Below, piece by piece: positions 1 through 12,041 of a stretch of 64,000 bases of DNA; position 1 is the first letter of the stretch, and each line of letters opens with the position of its first letter. The notes beneath the pieces were generated by a model. That model did no database searches and was not told the DNA's origin. It saw nothing but the letters and a program-made list of their open reading frames with translations. The DNA is taken from the NCBI GenBank assembly GCA_963813715.1, contig CAWFAK010000007.1:640001-704000 (forward strand), written 5' to 3'. The translations under genes and the position numbers were made by a program. This DNA is from an uncultured Planctomycetaceae bacterium (GTDB lineage: Bacteria; Planctomycetota; Planctomycetia; Planctomycetales; Planctomycetaceae).

Positions 1-1045
1 AGATCATCGGGCACAGTTCGCCCCGCCCCGACGCCGAGCACATCATCTTCTGCGACGGCGCGGGTGGCGACATCTTTCGACCCGCGGGCGATCTCGAGTT
101 GAGTCACTGGCGGCCCAATCGCACGCCGCGTGAATATCGGGCGGGCAGTTCGACCGAGATTTGCTATCGCTTTCTGGACACGCCGCGACCCGGTTCGTGG
201 ACGGTTGCGGTCAATAACCACGTCGACGTCGACGGCATCCTGTCGGTCTACGTTCTGGTTCACAGCGAACATGCGCTCTTGAACCGTCGCACGATTGCCG
301 AGGCGGCCGACATGGGCGATTTCTGGGGCTGGGGCGATGCTCCGGCGCAGCGGCTGTTTCAAGGCATCACGCTGTTGATGGAGCGCGGCGGCGTGCCCCG
401 GGCAATCTACGAAGAAGCCTTCCGCCGCGTCCCCGCCCTGATCGACGGCACCGATCCGGAGGTTCCGCAGATCGAAGAGTCATTGGCCCCATTGCGGCAA
501 GGCGTCGAGTGGATCGAGCGGGGAGAAATCCTCCGCCGGCAGCGAACCGACCGTTTTGCGCAGTACATCGTGCCGCTGGCCATCGCCGGCGATAGCGATT
601 CGCGGGCCGGCTACGCCCCGAGCTTCAACGAGTCGATCTCTAGCAAGGCGATGCTGTGGCCGCACGCGCGGCGCGCTTCGATGCCCAACGCGTCTGCCTG
701 GTCAGTGCCGAGCGTCCATCCGGCTGGTTTCACGACCTCTGCTTTCCCGGCTACCTCTGGGCGGATACGGCCGACAAGTGGCACGTCCCGGGACTGACCT
801 ATCACGACGGGATGGCCAGCTACGACATCGCCGACGCGCGGCTGATCGACAGTTTTGCCCGGCTCCAAGAACGAGAGACGGCCCGCGGCCGCTGGACGCT
901 GGGGGGCAAAGGCCTGGCTTTCGGCGAGGAAATGCAGACCCACTTTCCCGTCGTGGGGCGTTTCGTCGATGATGCAGGGACGCCGGCCGCCAGCCGCCTG
1001 TCACCCGACGAGGTTGCCGCCCTGTGGGACCCGATCTTCGTCTGA
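1..1045 (+). CDS. DUF6687-like (DHH-related) protein, 5'-truncated by window edge, one frameshift near 670
   Basis: Frame 3 is open from position 3 (IIFCDG...LSHWRPNRTP, VNNHVDVDGILS); continues in ORF 656..1045 (WFHDLCFPGYLWAD). Confidence 0.6.
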
Positions 1046-1101
1046 CTGGCGTGCGTCGGCGGCCCGAGATTTCGTGACTCCAACCGATCGAGACGCGAAC
1101 C

Positions 1102-1425
1102 ATGTTGGCGAAACTGTCCGAAGTGCGGGCCGTCCGCATCATCTGCGACTCAGTTCTCAAGGACGATTTGCTGCAACATCTGCACGACTTGGGGGCCACG
1201 GGCTGGACCTGGTGGCGGGCCCACGGGAAGGGCGAGCATACGACCGACGACGGCCTCTTCAACGAATCGCCTCAAATGTACTTGGAGGTCTGGTGTCAGA
1301 CCGCCGTTGCTGAAAAGATCATGAAGTATTGCAATTCGAGCCATTTCACTCACATCGGCATGGCGGCGGGCGTCACGCCCCTGTACGTTTCCGCCGCACA
1401 AGCCAAGGCACTTGGCCCAGCTTGA
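1102..1425 (+). CDS. P-II/SbtB-like signal transduction protein
   Basis: 107 aa; LGATGWTWWRAHGKG resembles the P-II G-x-T...G-x-G motif, followed by YLEVWC. Confidence 0.65.
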   Translation: MLAKLSEVRAVRIICDSVLKDDLLQHLHDLGATGWTWWRAHGKGEHTTDDGLFNESPQMYLEVWCQTAVAEKIMKYCNSSHFTHIGMAAGVTPLYVSAAQAKALGPA

Positions 1426-1480
1426 TCCGTTGCCGTTCCGAAAGAATCGCTGAAACAACTCGCTGACAAAGAGGTTGGGC

Positions 1481-2926
1481 ATGACAATTCGCTTGCGTCA
1501 CCTGCGCCCGGGGATTGCGGTCTGCGGCATCCTCGCCTGCCTGGCAGCGGCCGATCTGAAGACGAACGATCTGCGAGCCGGGGATCGCGACGGCAATGTG
1601 CCTCGCTTTCTTACCGGGCGACAAACGTCGCCGGGTGATGCCGTGCATCCGCCGGAGCACTGGTCGGCCACGGACAACATCGCCTGGAAGACCGACATTG
1701 TCGGGCTCGGCTGGTCGTCCCCCATCGTCTGGAAGGGGCGCGTCTATCTGACGACGTGCCTCAACACGTCCAAGGATCGCAAGCCGCGGAAGGGCCTGTA
1801 CCTCGAAGACGTCGATGCCACGAAGTACCCGCGCGACAAAAGCGTCCATTTGTGGAAGACGCTGTGCCTCGACCTGGCGACGGGCAAAATCGTCTGGGAG
1901 CAGACCGCGTCCGAGGGCGTGCCGGCTAAGCCGCACCACATCAAGAATACGCTGGCCTCGGAAACGCCGACGACGGACGGCGAGCGGCTTTACGTGCTGT
2001 TCGGCAACCTGGGGCTCTTCTGCTACAGCATGGACGGCCGTCCGCTGTGGACGGTCCCCATCCCGCCGCGCGACACGCGTTACGGCTGGGGCACTGCAAT
2101 GTCTCCGGTAGTCTTCGGCGACCGGCTCTACTACGCCGACGACAATGAAGAATCGGCCTCGCTCGTCGCGCTCGACAAACGGACCGGCAAAGAAGTCTGG
2201 CGGGTCACCCGCAAAGAAAAGACCAACTACTCCACGCCCTTCGTCTGGGAAACGCCGAACCGCACCGAGTTGGTGATCTCGGGGATCAATTGGGTCACGT
2301 CGTACGATCTGTCGGGCAAAGAGCTGTGGAAGATCAAAGGCAAATCGATCCTGTCGATCCCCACTCCTTTCGCCCACGACGGCCTGCTGTATGTGACCTC
2401 GGGACACGTCATCTGGGGCAAGCACCGCATCTACGCCATCCGTCCCGGCGCCCATGGCGATCTCTCGCCTCCCGACGATGACAAGCCAGAAAAACCCGTC
2501 GCCGAACCGGCCCACGACAAGCTCGATCCGCACATCGTCTGGACCCAGAAGATCGGCCCCTATCACCCGACGCCGCTGATCGTCGGGGATCGCCTCTACA
2601 TGCTGTTCGACCGTGGCTTCCTGATGTGCTTTGACGCGAAGACGGGCAAGGTGATCTTCGACAAGCAGCGGCTGCCCAAGGGGAACGCGTTCACCAGCTC
2701 TCCTTGGAGCTACGACGACAAGCTCTTCTGCGTGAACGAGGACGGCGTGACTTACGTCGTCGAGACGGGACCGAAGTTCAAATTGCTCTATACGAATAGC
2801 CTGGCGGAAGACGACATGTGCATGGCCACGCCTGTCATCGTTGGCGACAAGCTCTTGATCCGCACCGCCAAACGGCTCTATTGCGTGGCTCCTGCAACCA
2901 AAGGCGAGAGCACGGCCCGCAATTAG
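1481..2926 (+). CDS. PQQ-like (BamB-type) beta-propeller repeat protein
   Basis: Signal peptide; GWSSPIVW, TPTTDG, LDKRTGKEVW, YSTP repeats typical of planctomycete PQQ-like proteins. Confidence 0.85.
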   Translation: MTIRLRHLRPGIAVCGILACLAAADLKTNDLRAGDRDGNVPRFLTGRQTSPGDAVHPPEHWSATDNIAWKTDIVGLGWSSPIVWKGRVYLTTCLNTSKDRKPRKGLYLEDVDATKYPRDKSVHLWKTLCLDLATGKIVWEQTASEGVPAKPHHIKNTLASETPTTDGERLYVLFGNLGLFCYSMDGRPLWTVPIPPRDTRYGWGTAMSPVVFGDRLYYADDNEESASLVALDKRTGKEVWRVTRKEKTNYSTPFVWETPNRTELVISGINWVTSYDLSGKELWKIKGKSILSIPTPFAHDGLLYVTSGHVIWGKHRIYAIRPGAHGDLSPPDDDKPEKPVAEPAHDKLDPHIVWTQKIGPYHPTPLIVGDRLYMLFDRGFLMCFDAKTGKVIFDKQRLPKGNAFTSSPWSYDDKLFCVNEDGVTYVVETGPKFKLLYTNSLAEDDMCMATPVIVGDKLLIRTAKRLYCVAPATKGESTARN

Positions 2927-2947
2927 GCGATCCGTGAAAGAGAACAG

Positions 2948-3619
2948 TTGATGCGACCCGAACGAATGATCGTGGTGTTCGGCATCCTGGCCGGATTGCT
3001 CGCCGCGGCGATGGCCGTGCTGGCCTTTTCGACCGGCGTCACGCAGGAATTCTTCGAGGCCATCCACCCGGCGAAAGAGTATGGCGAAACGCTGGTCCGG
3101 CAGGCCACCTCGCTGCGGATTGCGTTCTCCCTGGATAACCTGTTTCTGCTCGCTTATACGGCGTTCTTTCTCTGGTTCGTGATCGAGCGCCGCGGCAAAG
3201 CCGATCCCCTAGCCTGCCACGTGCTGATCGGTTCGCTGCTGCTGGCCTCCCTGCTCGACGCGGTCGAGAATTTCCACATCCTGGCGATGCTCAATCGGGC
3301 CGACGCCGGTCAGCTGCCCAGCGACGGCGAAATCGAGCTGCAATACGTGTTGAGTGCCGTGAAGTTCACGGCCGGTTACCTCGTGGCCGTGATCTTCGGC
3401 GTCCTGTATCCGCGCGACACGCTGCTCGCGCGGATCGTTGGGGCGAGCACGGCCATCGTCTTTCCGATCTTGGGGGTGCTGGTCTTTACCACGCCCGCTC
3501 CCTGGTCGGACCTGTGCGGGCTGGGCCGTTTCTTGTTCTTCGTGCTCGGCTTCTTCCTGAGCGGCATCGTCTACTGGAACCGGCACTCCGCGTCCGCCCC
3601 GGCGAATTCTGATCGATGA
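2948..3619 (+). CDS. Hypothetical multi-pass membrane protein
   Basis: 223 aa with about 6 hydrophobic segments; LLDAVEN motif. Confidence 0.7.
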   Translation: MMRPERMIVVFGILAGLLAAAMAVLAFSTGVTQEFFEAIHPAKEYGETLVRQATSLRIAFSLDNLFLLAYTAFFLWFVIERRGKADPLACHVLIGSLLLASLLDAVENFHILAMLNRADAGQLPSDGEIELQYVLSAVKFTAGYLVAVIFGVLYPRDTLLARIVGASTAIVFPILGVLVFTTPAPWSDLCGLGRFLFFVLGFFLSGIVYWNRHSASAPANSDR

Positions 3620-3762
3620 AGTTTCATCGGATCTTGAGGGCTCGGGTTTCATCCGATCTTGATGATTGCCCGATTCGTCCTTGCTAAGATAGCCGTCGAC
3701 ATAAACGCCGCTCATGAAGGCGCGCGTCCATACAGCTTGAATTCACTTCTGAGGAGATTTCC

Positions 3763-4294
3763 ATGGCGATTCGATCCGCGAGTCTTTTCGTCCTGGCGGT
3801 GGCGTTTGCGGCCGCAGCACCGAACACGTTCCGCGCGGCGCAGGCCGGTGACGCCTCGAGCGCGTCGGCCTTCGACCGCTTCAAAGCCCTGCAAGGGGAA
3901 TGGATCGCCAAGCCGGACAAGACCGGGAACGCCCCAAAGCTGCGGTGCGTCTTCAAAGTGACGTCGGCGGGATCCGCCGTGGAGGAGACGATGCTGCCGG
4001 GCACGAAGCATGAAATGATCAACATGATCCATCCAGACGGCGATGGCGTCGTGCTCACGCACTACTGTGCCGCCGGCAACCAGCCCGAAATGAAAGCTCC
4101 GGACAAGACCGACGGCAAAGACGTGGCGTTCCAGTTCGTGCGAGCCGGCAACATGAAGTCGCCCAACGAAAGCCACATGCACCAGGTCACGTACACGTTC
4201 GTCGATAACGACAACCTCAGAGACGACATGGATCAACTATGTTGACGGCAAGCCGGCCGGCGACATGGTGTTTGAAATGACGCGAAAGAAGTAA
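3763..4294 (+). CDS. Secreted hypothetical protein, frameshift near 4230
   Basis: GAGGAG RBS, signal peptide, LQGEW...LTHYCAAGNQP; C-terminus (NYVDGKPAGDMVFEMTRKK*) is in the shifted frame. Confidence 0.7.
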
Positions 4295-4323
4295 CGCGGT
4301 CGCCCGCTCAGCCCGACATTCAT

Positions 4324-4352
4324 GCCCTCTCCGCTGCGGAGAGGGCTTTTTT
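4324..4352 (+). terminator. Intrinsic terminator
   Basis: gccctctccg-ctg-cggagagggc stem followed by tttttt, between convergent genes. Confidence 0.8.
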
Positions 4353-4358
4353 GTTTGG

Positions 4359-5285
4359 TCAGCGAACCGCGCCAGCGGACGGACTCTTGCCGTCGCGGAG
4401 CCAGTCGAGCGCGAGCGGCCAGGCGGCAGCCCGGCTCGTGCGGAAGAAGTCGACGTGGCCAAAGCCTTTGAATCCGAATGCCCGTGGATCCAGGCACACC
4501 GTCTGCTTGGGAGCGGAGGGAAAAAGTCGCAGCAAGTCGTCGACGTTGCGCGGCGTGGCGATGGAATCGTCGTTGGAGTAAAGCGAGAGAATCGGTGCGC
4601 GGAATTCGTCGTAATAGTGCCGCGTGATTCCGCGACCGAACTCATTCGCGACGTAGCCCCGCCCCAGGCACCACCGCGACCACTGCCGGGCAACGCCGGC
4701 CGGCAGATCCTCGCCCATGCCGATCGCGTGCGAAGGCGAGTAGCCCAACAGCCGGGCCGTGACCGGCAGATAGACCCGCAGATAACCGTAGGCCACGATG
4801 CGATAAGGCATTCGCAGGCCCCAAACATGCCCGCTCGACGCCGACACCATCAGCACGCGGCGAATGGCGGCATGGTTGGGCATCAGCCCGATCAACTGTC
4901 CGCCGGCGCTGTGGCCAACCAGGTCAACGGCGTCGGCCCCGCTCCGCAGCCGAAGCCAATCGAGGGCGGCCGGCATGTCGAGCTGGCCCCAGTCCTGCTT
5001 CCGCGCGGGAGACAGCCGCACATGCGTCTCGCGGAGCGACGCGCCGATCCCCCGGTAATCGAAGGTCAGCACGTCACTTCCCTGCTGGGCGAGCCAGCGA
5101 GCAAAGGGACCGTAAAACCGCTGCGACACGCCGGTTGCTGGACAGAGCAGCACGGGGTTCGAGCGCCGCGCTTCGGCCGCCGGATAAAAACGGCCGCCCA
5201 GCAGCGTTCCGTCCGCGGCGGCGAACTCAACGGCCTCCGCAGCGACGCTCGTCGCCTTTGCGGCCTCGATGGAATCGGCGCTCAT
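4359..5285 (-). CDS. Alpha/beta fold hydrolase
   Basis: FDYRGIG, nucleophile elbow GHSAGG, C-terminal GHVDFF. Confidence 0.85.
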   Translation of the reverse strand: MSADSIEAAKATSVAAEAVEFAAADGTLLGGRFYPAAEARRSNPVLLCPATGVSQRFYGPFARWLAQQGSDVLTFDYRGIGASLRETHVRLSPARKQDWGQLDMPAALDWLRLRSGADAVDLVGHSAGGQLIGLMPNHAAIRRVLMVSASSGHVWGLRMPYRIVAYGYLRVYLPVTARLLGYSPSHAIGMGEDLPAGVARQWSRWCLGRGYVANEFGRGITRHYYDEFRAPILSLYSNDDSIATPRNVDDLLRLFPSAPKQTVCLDPRAFGFKGFGHVDFFRTSRAAAWPLALDWLRDGKSPSAGAVR

Positions 5286-5438
5286 CGCAACCTTTGGGCT
5301 TGCCGTCTTGTAGGGCAGGCTGTGCCTGCCGTCCGTGTTACCCACGGTTTGTGTGATACGTTAGCCGTTTGTGTGACGCGTCAAATGAACGGCAGGCACC
5401 GCCTGCCCTACAGATCCCGGTTATTGCCCGCCGTTTCA

Positions 5439-6151
5439 TCAGCGTTGCACGTCGTAATAAAAATGGTCGGCGTCCTTCTGTGATCGGCCGGAGAAAATCC
5501 GCCGCACGAAGCCGGGATTGAGCACCAGGTACCAGTCGCCGAACTGGTCGAACTTGCGGCAAGATGTGACGATGTGCTCCTTCCAGATGGTCTTGAATCG
5601 CTTCCTCTTCTGTTTGCCGTAGGCCTTGAGGCGATTGGCGAAATCGAGATCCTCGACGCTGACGCACCGTTCGTCGAAGCCGCCGATCGCCAAAAAATCC
5701 TCGCGCAGACACCAAAAGAGCCCGCCGGACACGCGGTGCTTGGCGGCGATTGGCAACAGGATGAGGCCTGTGGCAAGGATCCCGGCGGACCAGCGCTCGG
5801 GATAGATCATCACGCCGCCGCCGATGTATTTGCCGGTCGCCAGTAAACGATCGACGGTGACGAGCATGCCGCGGCTCATACGGCTGTCGGCGTCGATGGT
5901 GATGAGAATTTCGCCAGTCGCCGCCTGCGCCCGGCGTTGCGAATCCGGGCAATGTTGCGGGCGTCTTCGTGAACGATCTTCGCCCCAGCCGCGCGGGCGA
6001 TCTCTTCCGTGCGGTCGGTGCAGCGATTGATCGAAGCAATGATCTCGACCTCGCCGGGATAGGGCGCGCTCGCCGCCGCAATCGATGCCAGGCAGCCCGG
6101 CAGGAATTTCTCCTCGTTACGGGCCGGGACGATGATCGAGAACTTGGGCAT
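5439..6151 (-). CDS. Glycosyltransferase family 2, frameshift near 5930
   Basis: MPKFSIIVPARNEE; ARIRNAG; IDAD in shifted frame; GGFDE...EDLDF. Confidence 0.85.
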
Positions 6152-6195
6152 CGCGGGTCTCACGCCGGCGTCACACCGGACGTCACACATTATGA

Positions 6196-7593
<1,398 letters not shown>

Positions 7594-7751
7594 TGATTCG
7601 GTCATTCTTTCGTCATTCGTGCTTGGTCATGAGGGCTCCTGGGTACAATTTCGGTTGCATTCGTCCGATAAAGTTTGATATTCAGACGATCGTTGCTGGC
7701 TTCTGCCGCCCTTCCTTCCGGGCGGAAGGGGGGCATCGTCTTGGAGCTTCC

Positions 7752-8386
7752 ATGCACGTTCCGCGGTTTTTCGTTGTGGGCCTGCTGATCATCGCACCCG
7801 CCTGTCCTTGCGGATGTGGTCCTTCGAATGGAACGTCGTGCCGATTGGCGCATTGGCGCTCTTTTGCGGAGCCCACTTTCGCAATCGCGCGCTGGCGTTC
7901 GCCGTCCCTTTATTCGCGATGCTGCTGGGCGACGTCCTTCTGGCCGTCCAGACGCAGAATCCGCAGCTCTACCTGTTCCACACGCTGATGCCCCTCATTT
8001 ACGGGTGCTATGTGGTCAGCGTGGTAATGGGTATCGTCCTGCGGACCTACTGGGATCGCTTGGACGAAGGCCTCGGCGAGCGGCAAAGCGGCCAGTCCGG
8101 AGACAGCGCCCGCCGCGATTCCGGCTTGTGGACGCGCGTGGTGCCGATCGCTTCGCTGACGATCGCCGGTTCGATCTTGTTCTTCGTCGTCACCAACTTC
8201 GGTTGCTGGTGGTTGTATAACATGTACCCGAAGTCGTGGCCGGGCCTCTTCCAGTGCTATGTCGCGGGCATCCCCTTCTTTCGCGGGACGCTCTTCGGCG
8301 ACTTGATTGGCTCGGCCATCCTCTTCGGCGGCGAGCAGTTGCTGCGTCACCATGCGATGCCCGTGCCGGAGTCAGAGCGGTTTTAG
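7752..8386 (+). CDS. DUF6580-like putative transport protein, frameshift near 7805
   Basis: WNVVPIGALALFCGA, SILFFVVTNFGCW, CYVAGIPFFRGTLFGD. Confidence 0.75.
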
Positions 8387-8412
8387 AGTCGGCCGCGCCC
8401 TGAGATCTCGCG

Positions 8413-9378
8413 ATGCCCGAGCCGCGAATTGTCTCGTTGATCGCTAGCGCCACGGAAATCGTCGCGGCGCTGGGATTCGGTCACCACCTGGTCGGCCGCT
8501 CGCACGAGTGCGATTTTCCGCCCGAGGTCTTGGCCCTGCCCGCTTGCTCCGAGCCCAAGATCGACATTCACGCCACGAGTCGCCAGATCGACGAGCGGGT
8601 GAAATCGCTGGCCCGCGAGGCCGTCTCGGTCTATCGCGTCTTTCCCGACGTGCTCAAACGCCTCAACCCAACGCACATCGTCACGCAAACGCAGTGCGAG
8701 GTATGCGCGGTCAGCCTCAAAGACGTCGAGCGGGCCATGGCCGACATGATCGGCGTCGAATGCCCGCCGCAGATCGTCTCGCTGGCGCCAATGGGGTTGG
8801 CCGACGTCTGGACCGACATCCGCACAGTGGGCCGCTCCTTGAACGCCGCCGATCGGGCGGAGTCGCTGGTGGACAGGCTGCGGAAAGAACTCGACGCGAT
8901 CGGCACGCAGGTAGCGTCCGCCCGTTCGCGTCCCTCAATAGCCTGCATCGAATGGATCGACCCGCTGATGTCGGCCGGCAACTGGGTCCCCGAGATGGTG
9001 GAAATCGCCGGCGGACGCAACCTGCTCGGCGCGGCGGGCAAACATTCGCCCTGGCTCGACTGGGATGAGCTGATCGCGTGCGATGCCGACGTGATCGCCC
9101 TCATGCCCTGCGGCTTCGACATCGCCCGCACGCGGCAGGAGCTGCCGCCGCTGGTCGGCAATCCGCGATGGCACCAGCTGCGAGCCGTGCGCGAAGGCCG
9201 CGTCTATCTGACGGACGGCAACCAATTCTTCAACCGCCCGGGCCCGCGTTTGATCGAATCGACCCGCATCCTGGCCGAAATCCTGCACCCCGGTCTCTTC
9301 GACAATTCGCTCGAAGGAACCGGCTGGGTGCAGCTTGAACGCACGCTCACGCGGTCCCACGCCACAACGATGCCGTAA
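8413..9378 (+). CDS. Cobalamin/Fe-siderophore-type substrate-binding protein (BtuF-like)
   Basis: RIVSLIASATEIV, VGRSHECDFP, EWIDPLMSAGNWVPE, FNRPGPRLIE. Confidence 0.85.
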   Translation: MPEPRIVSLIASATEIVAALGFGHHLVGRSHECDFPPEVLALPACSEPKIDIHATSRQIDERVKSLAREAVSVYRVFPDVLKRLNPTHIVTQTQCEVCAVSLKDVERAMADMIGVECPPQIVSLAPMGLADVWTDIRTVGRSLNAADRAESLVDRLRKELDAIGTQVASARSRPSIACIEWIDPLMSAGNWVPEMVEIAGGRNLLGAAGKHSPWLDWDELIACDADVIALMPCGFDIARTRQELPPLVGNPRWHQLRAVREGRVYLTDGNQFFNRPGPRLIESTRILAEILHPGLFDNSLEGTGWVQLERTLTRSHATTMP

Positions 9379-9631
9379 GCTCAGCCCCAGCAGGGAAGCT
9401 GTCGCCGAGAGGCCTTTCACCACCTTCCGCGTTGAGCGGCCGACGAGCGTGGCGAGTTGATGAAGCAGCGTTCCCCGTGCCGGCCCCCGCGCGTGGCTGG
9501 CCCGCCCAAAAATCGCTACCCTGGAATTCAGCGGCGACCGCTTGACCGAGCGCTTCGACGACTTCGGTTGCCTGGATTCCTGCCCGCCGCCACCCGCCCT
9601 GTTGGCCTCAAACCACTCCCGGAGAGAAAAC

Positions 9632-10834
9632 GTGTTGCGACGGCAAACCATGTGTTGGACCGGCGTCCTCGTGCTGTGGGCGTTGCCGCTGTTCGCGGAC
9701 GACGTGCATTGGCAGCGGATCAACCTGGACAAAACCTTCCGTTCGGAAGGGGTCGCGGCTTTCGACGTCAATCACGACGGCAAGATCGACGTCGTGGCCG
9801 GCGACGTCTGGTACGAAGCCCCCGATTGGAAAATGCACGAGATCCGCAACGTCGGCAAGTACGACGGCTCCAAAGGCTACAGCAACAGCTTTTGCAACTT
9901 CGGTTACGACGTGAACGGCGACGGCTGGGTCGACCTGATTTTGATCGGATTCCCGGGCATCCCTGCTTCTGGTACGAGAATCCCAAGAACGAGCCCGGGC
10001 ACTGGAAAGAACACCTCATCTGGCATAGCGCCTGCAACGAATCGCCCTGTTTTCTCGACGTGACGGGCGACGGCAAGCCGTCACTCTTGATGGGGTCGCA
10101 GCCCGAGAATCAGGTCGGCTATTTGCCGATCCCGCCGCACGACCAGGTCGACAACAAGTGGACGTTCTACGCGCTGGGGCACAAGGGCAGTCCGAAAGCG
10201 CAGGGCTTGGACAACGGCTCGCACAAGTTCTATCACGGCATCGGCGTGGGGGACTTCAATCGCGACGGCCGCGACGACGTGATCATCCGCGACGGCTGGT
10301 GGGAAGCGCCGCAGGACCGCACGCAGGTCCCCTGGACGTTTCACCCGTTTGACATGCAACACCAGGGCAACCCGCGTCGGCACCGAGTGCGCGAACATCT
10401 GGGTCGACGACCTCGACGGAGACGGCGACAGCGACCTAATCTCGAGCTCGGCCCACTCGTTCGGCGTCTGGTGGTGGGAGAACCTCGACGGCAAGCATCT
10501 CAAGCAGCACATCATCGACAAATCGTTCTCGCAGACGCATGCGCTTCTGTATCTCGACATCAACGGCGACGGCCAAAAAGACCTCGTCACCGGCAAGCGA
10601 TATTTCGCCCACATGGGGCACGACCCGGGCGACTACGACCCGGTGGTGATGGCCTGGTACGAGATCAAGAAGACAAAGGGCGCCCCGCCGCAGTTCATCA
10701 AGCACGAAATCGTCGAGGGCCGCGACACGGGCATCGGCACGCAGTTTCAGGTGCTCGATGTCAACGGCGACGGTCGACCCGATATCGTGCTCTCGAACAA
10801 GAAGGGCGTGAATCTTTTGATTCAGCGACCGTGA
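9632..10834 (+). CDS. FG-GAP/VCBS repeat protein, two frameshifts
   Basis: Repeats DVNHDGKID, DVNGDGWVD, DFNRDGRDD, DLDGDGDSD, DINGDGQKD, DVNGDGRPD across three frames. Confidence 0.85.
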
Positions 10835-10877
10835 GGCCGCGCCGCGAGTTCGCTCCTACTTTGCCGGGAATTCTTGC

Positions 10878-12032
10878 ATGACCAGCTTTATTCGCTGTCT
10901 CTTGCTCGCAATCTGCGGGATCGCATTGCTCTCCGAATCGGACGCGGGGGCGGACGAGTTGGCAACCGGCGACGCCGCGCCTCGGCTGGTGATCAACACC
11001 TTTCACGTCGGCAACAGCCTGACCGGTAACGCCGTGCGTTTTCGTGATTTCGCCAAGACGGCGGGCGTCGAGAATCGGGCCTCGTGGTTCCTGATCGGCG
11101 GCGCCTACACCGTAAAGCTCTGGAAGGCCAAGGAGGGGTCCGACAAGCAACGCTTTGCGAAGGAGTACGCGAAGGCGGCCTTTCCCCTCGATCATTTCAC
11201 TCTGCAGCCGCGCGACTTCAATCTCGACGAGGAGGTCGAATATGAGCGGAAATTCATCGACTTCGTTCGCCAGAAGTCGCCCGACGTGCAGCCCTGGCTT
11301 TACGCCGAATGGGTGGAGCGCGACCGCCGTCGGCCAAGCGACAAAGGCGTCGTCCCCAGCTACCAGATGAAAAAGACCTTCCCCGCCGCGACGTGGGAGG
11401 AGTCAATGTCGGCGATGCTGCTCTATGTCGAGGAAGTCCAACATCGCCTCAACGCCGAGAATAAAGAGGGGAAGCCGGCGCGAATTCTCCCGTGCTCGCT
11501 CGCCTTGGGTTGGGCACGGAATCTGATCGACAACCACCAATTTCCCGGCGTGCCTCCTGGCGAAGACAGCTTTTATCACACGTTCTTCGCCGACACGGTG
11601 CACGTGAACCCGGCGGGCTGCTACCTGGTTGACGCGGTCTGGTATGCCGCGTTCACGGGCGAATCGCCCGAGGGGAAGCTGCAACCCGTCGGCACCGCGC
11701 TCACCCCAGCGCAGGCCGCCGTCATTCAGCGACTGGCCTGGAAGATCGTCCAAAACTATCCCGATTGCGGCCTTTACAAGGAAGGGACCACCCCCGCCGC
11801 CGCTCCGACGTTTTCAATCCCATCGCAGCCCCTGATCAAGCCGACGCCCGTCGACTTGACCTCCAAGACGCGCGGCGTGTCGTACCGCTATACGCTCGAC
11901 GGCACGACTCCGACGCGGACGCGTGGCTACGTCTACTGCGGCATCATCACCGCCCGGCCAGGAATGACGATCAAAGCCATCGCGTACAAGAGCGGGATGG
12001 CGGACAGCGGGGTGGTGGAGTCGACCTATTAG
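10878..12032 (+). CDS. Secreted SGNH-like protein with C-terminal chitobiase/FN3-associated domain
   Basis: Signal peptide, HVGNSLT, DTVH, YTLDGTTPT. Confidence 0.65.
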   Translation: MTSFIRCLLLAICGIALLSESDAGADELATGDAAPRLVINTFHVGNSLTGNAVRFRDFAKTAGVENRASWFLIGGAYTVKLWKAKEGSDKQRFAKEYAKAAFPLDHFTLQPRDFNLDEEVEYERKFIDFVRQKSPDVQPWLYAEWVERDRRRPSDKGVVPSYQMKKTFPAATWEESMSAMLLYVEEVQHRLNAENKEGKPARILPCSLALGWARNLIDNHQFPGVPPGEDSFYHTFFADTVHVNPAGCYLVDAVWYAAFTGESPEGKLQPVGTALTPAQAAVIQRLAWKIVQNYPDCGLYKEGTTPAAAPTFSIPSQPLIKPTPVDLTSKTRGVSYRYTLDGTTPTRTRGYVYCGIITARPGMTIKAIAYKSGMADSGVVESTY

Positions 12033-12041
12033 AAACGATTG

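Noticed and set aside
1373..3067. Long antisense ORFs (564 aa here, also 17779..19425 and 45277..46389)
   Set aside because: Shadow frames opposite well-supported genes, expected in high-GC DNA
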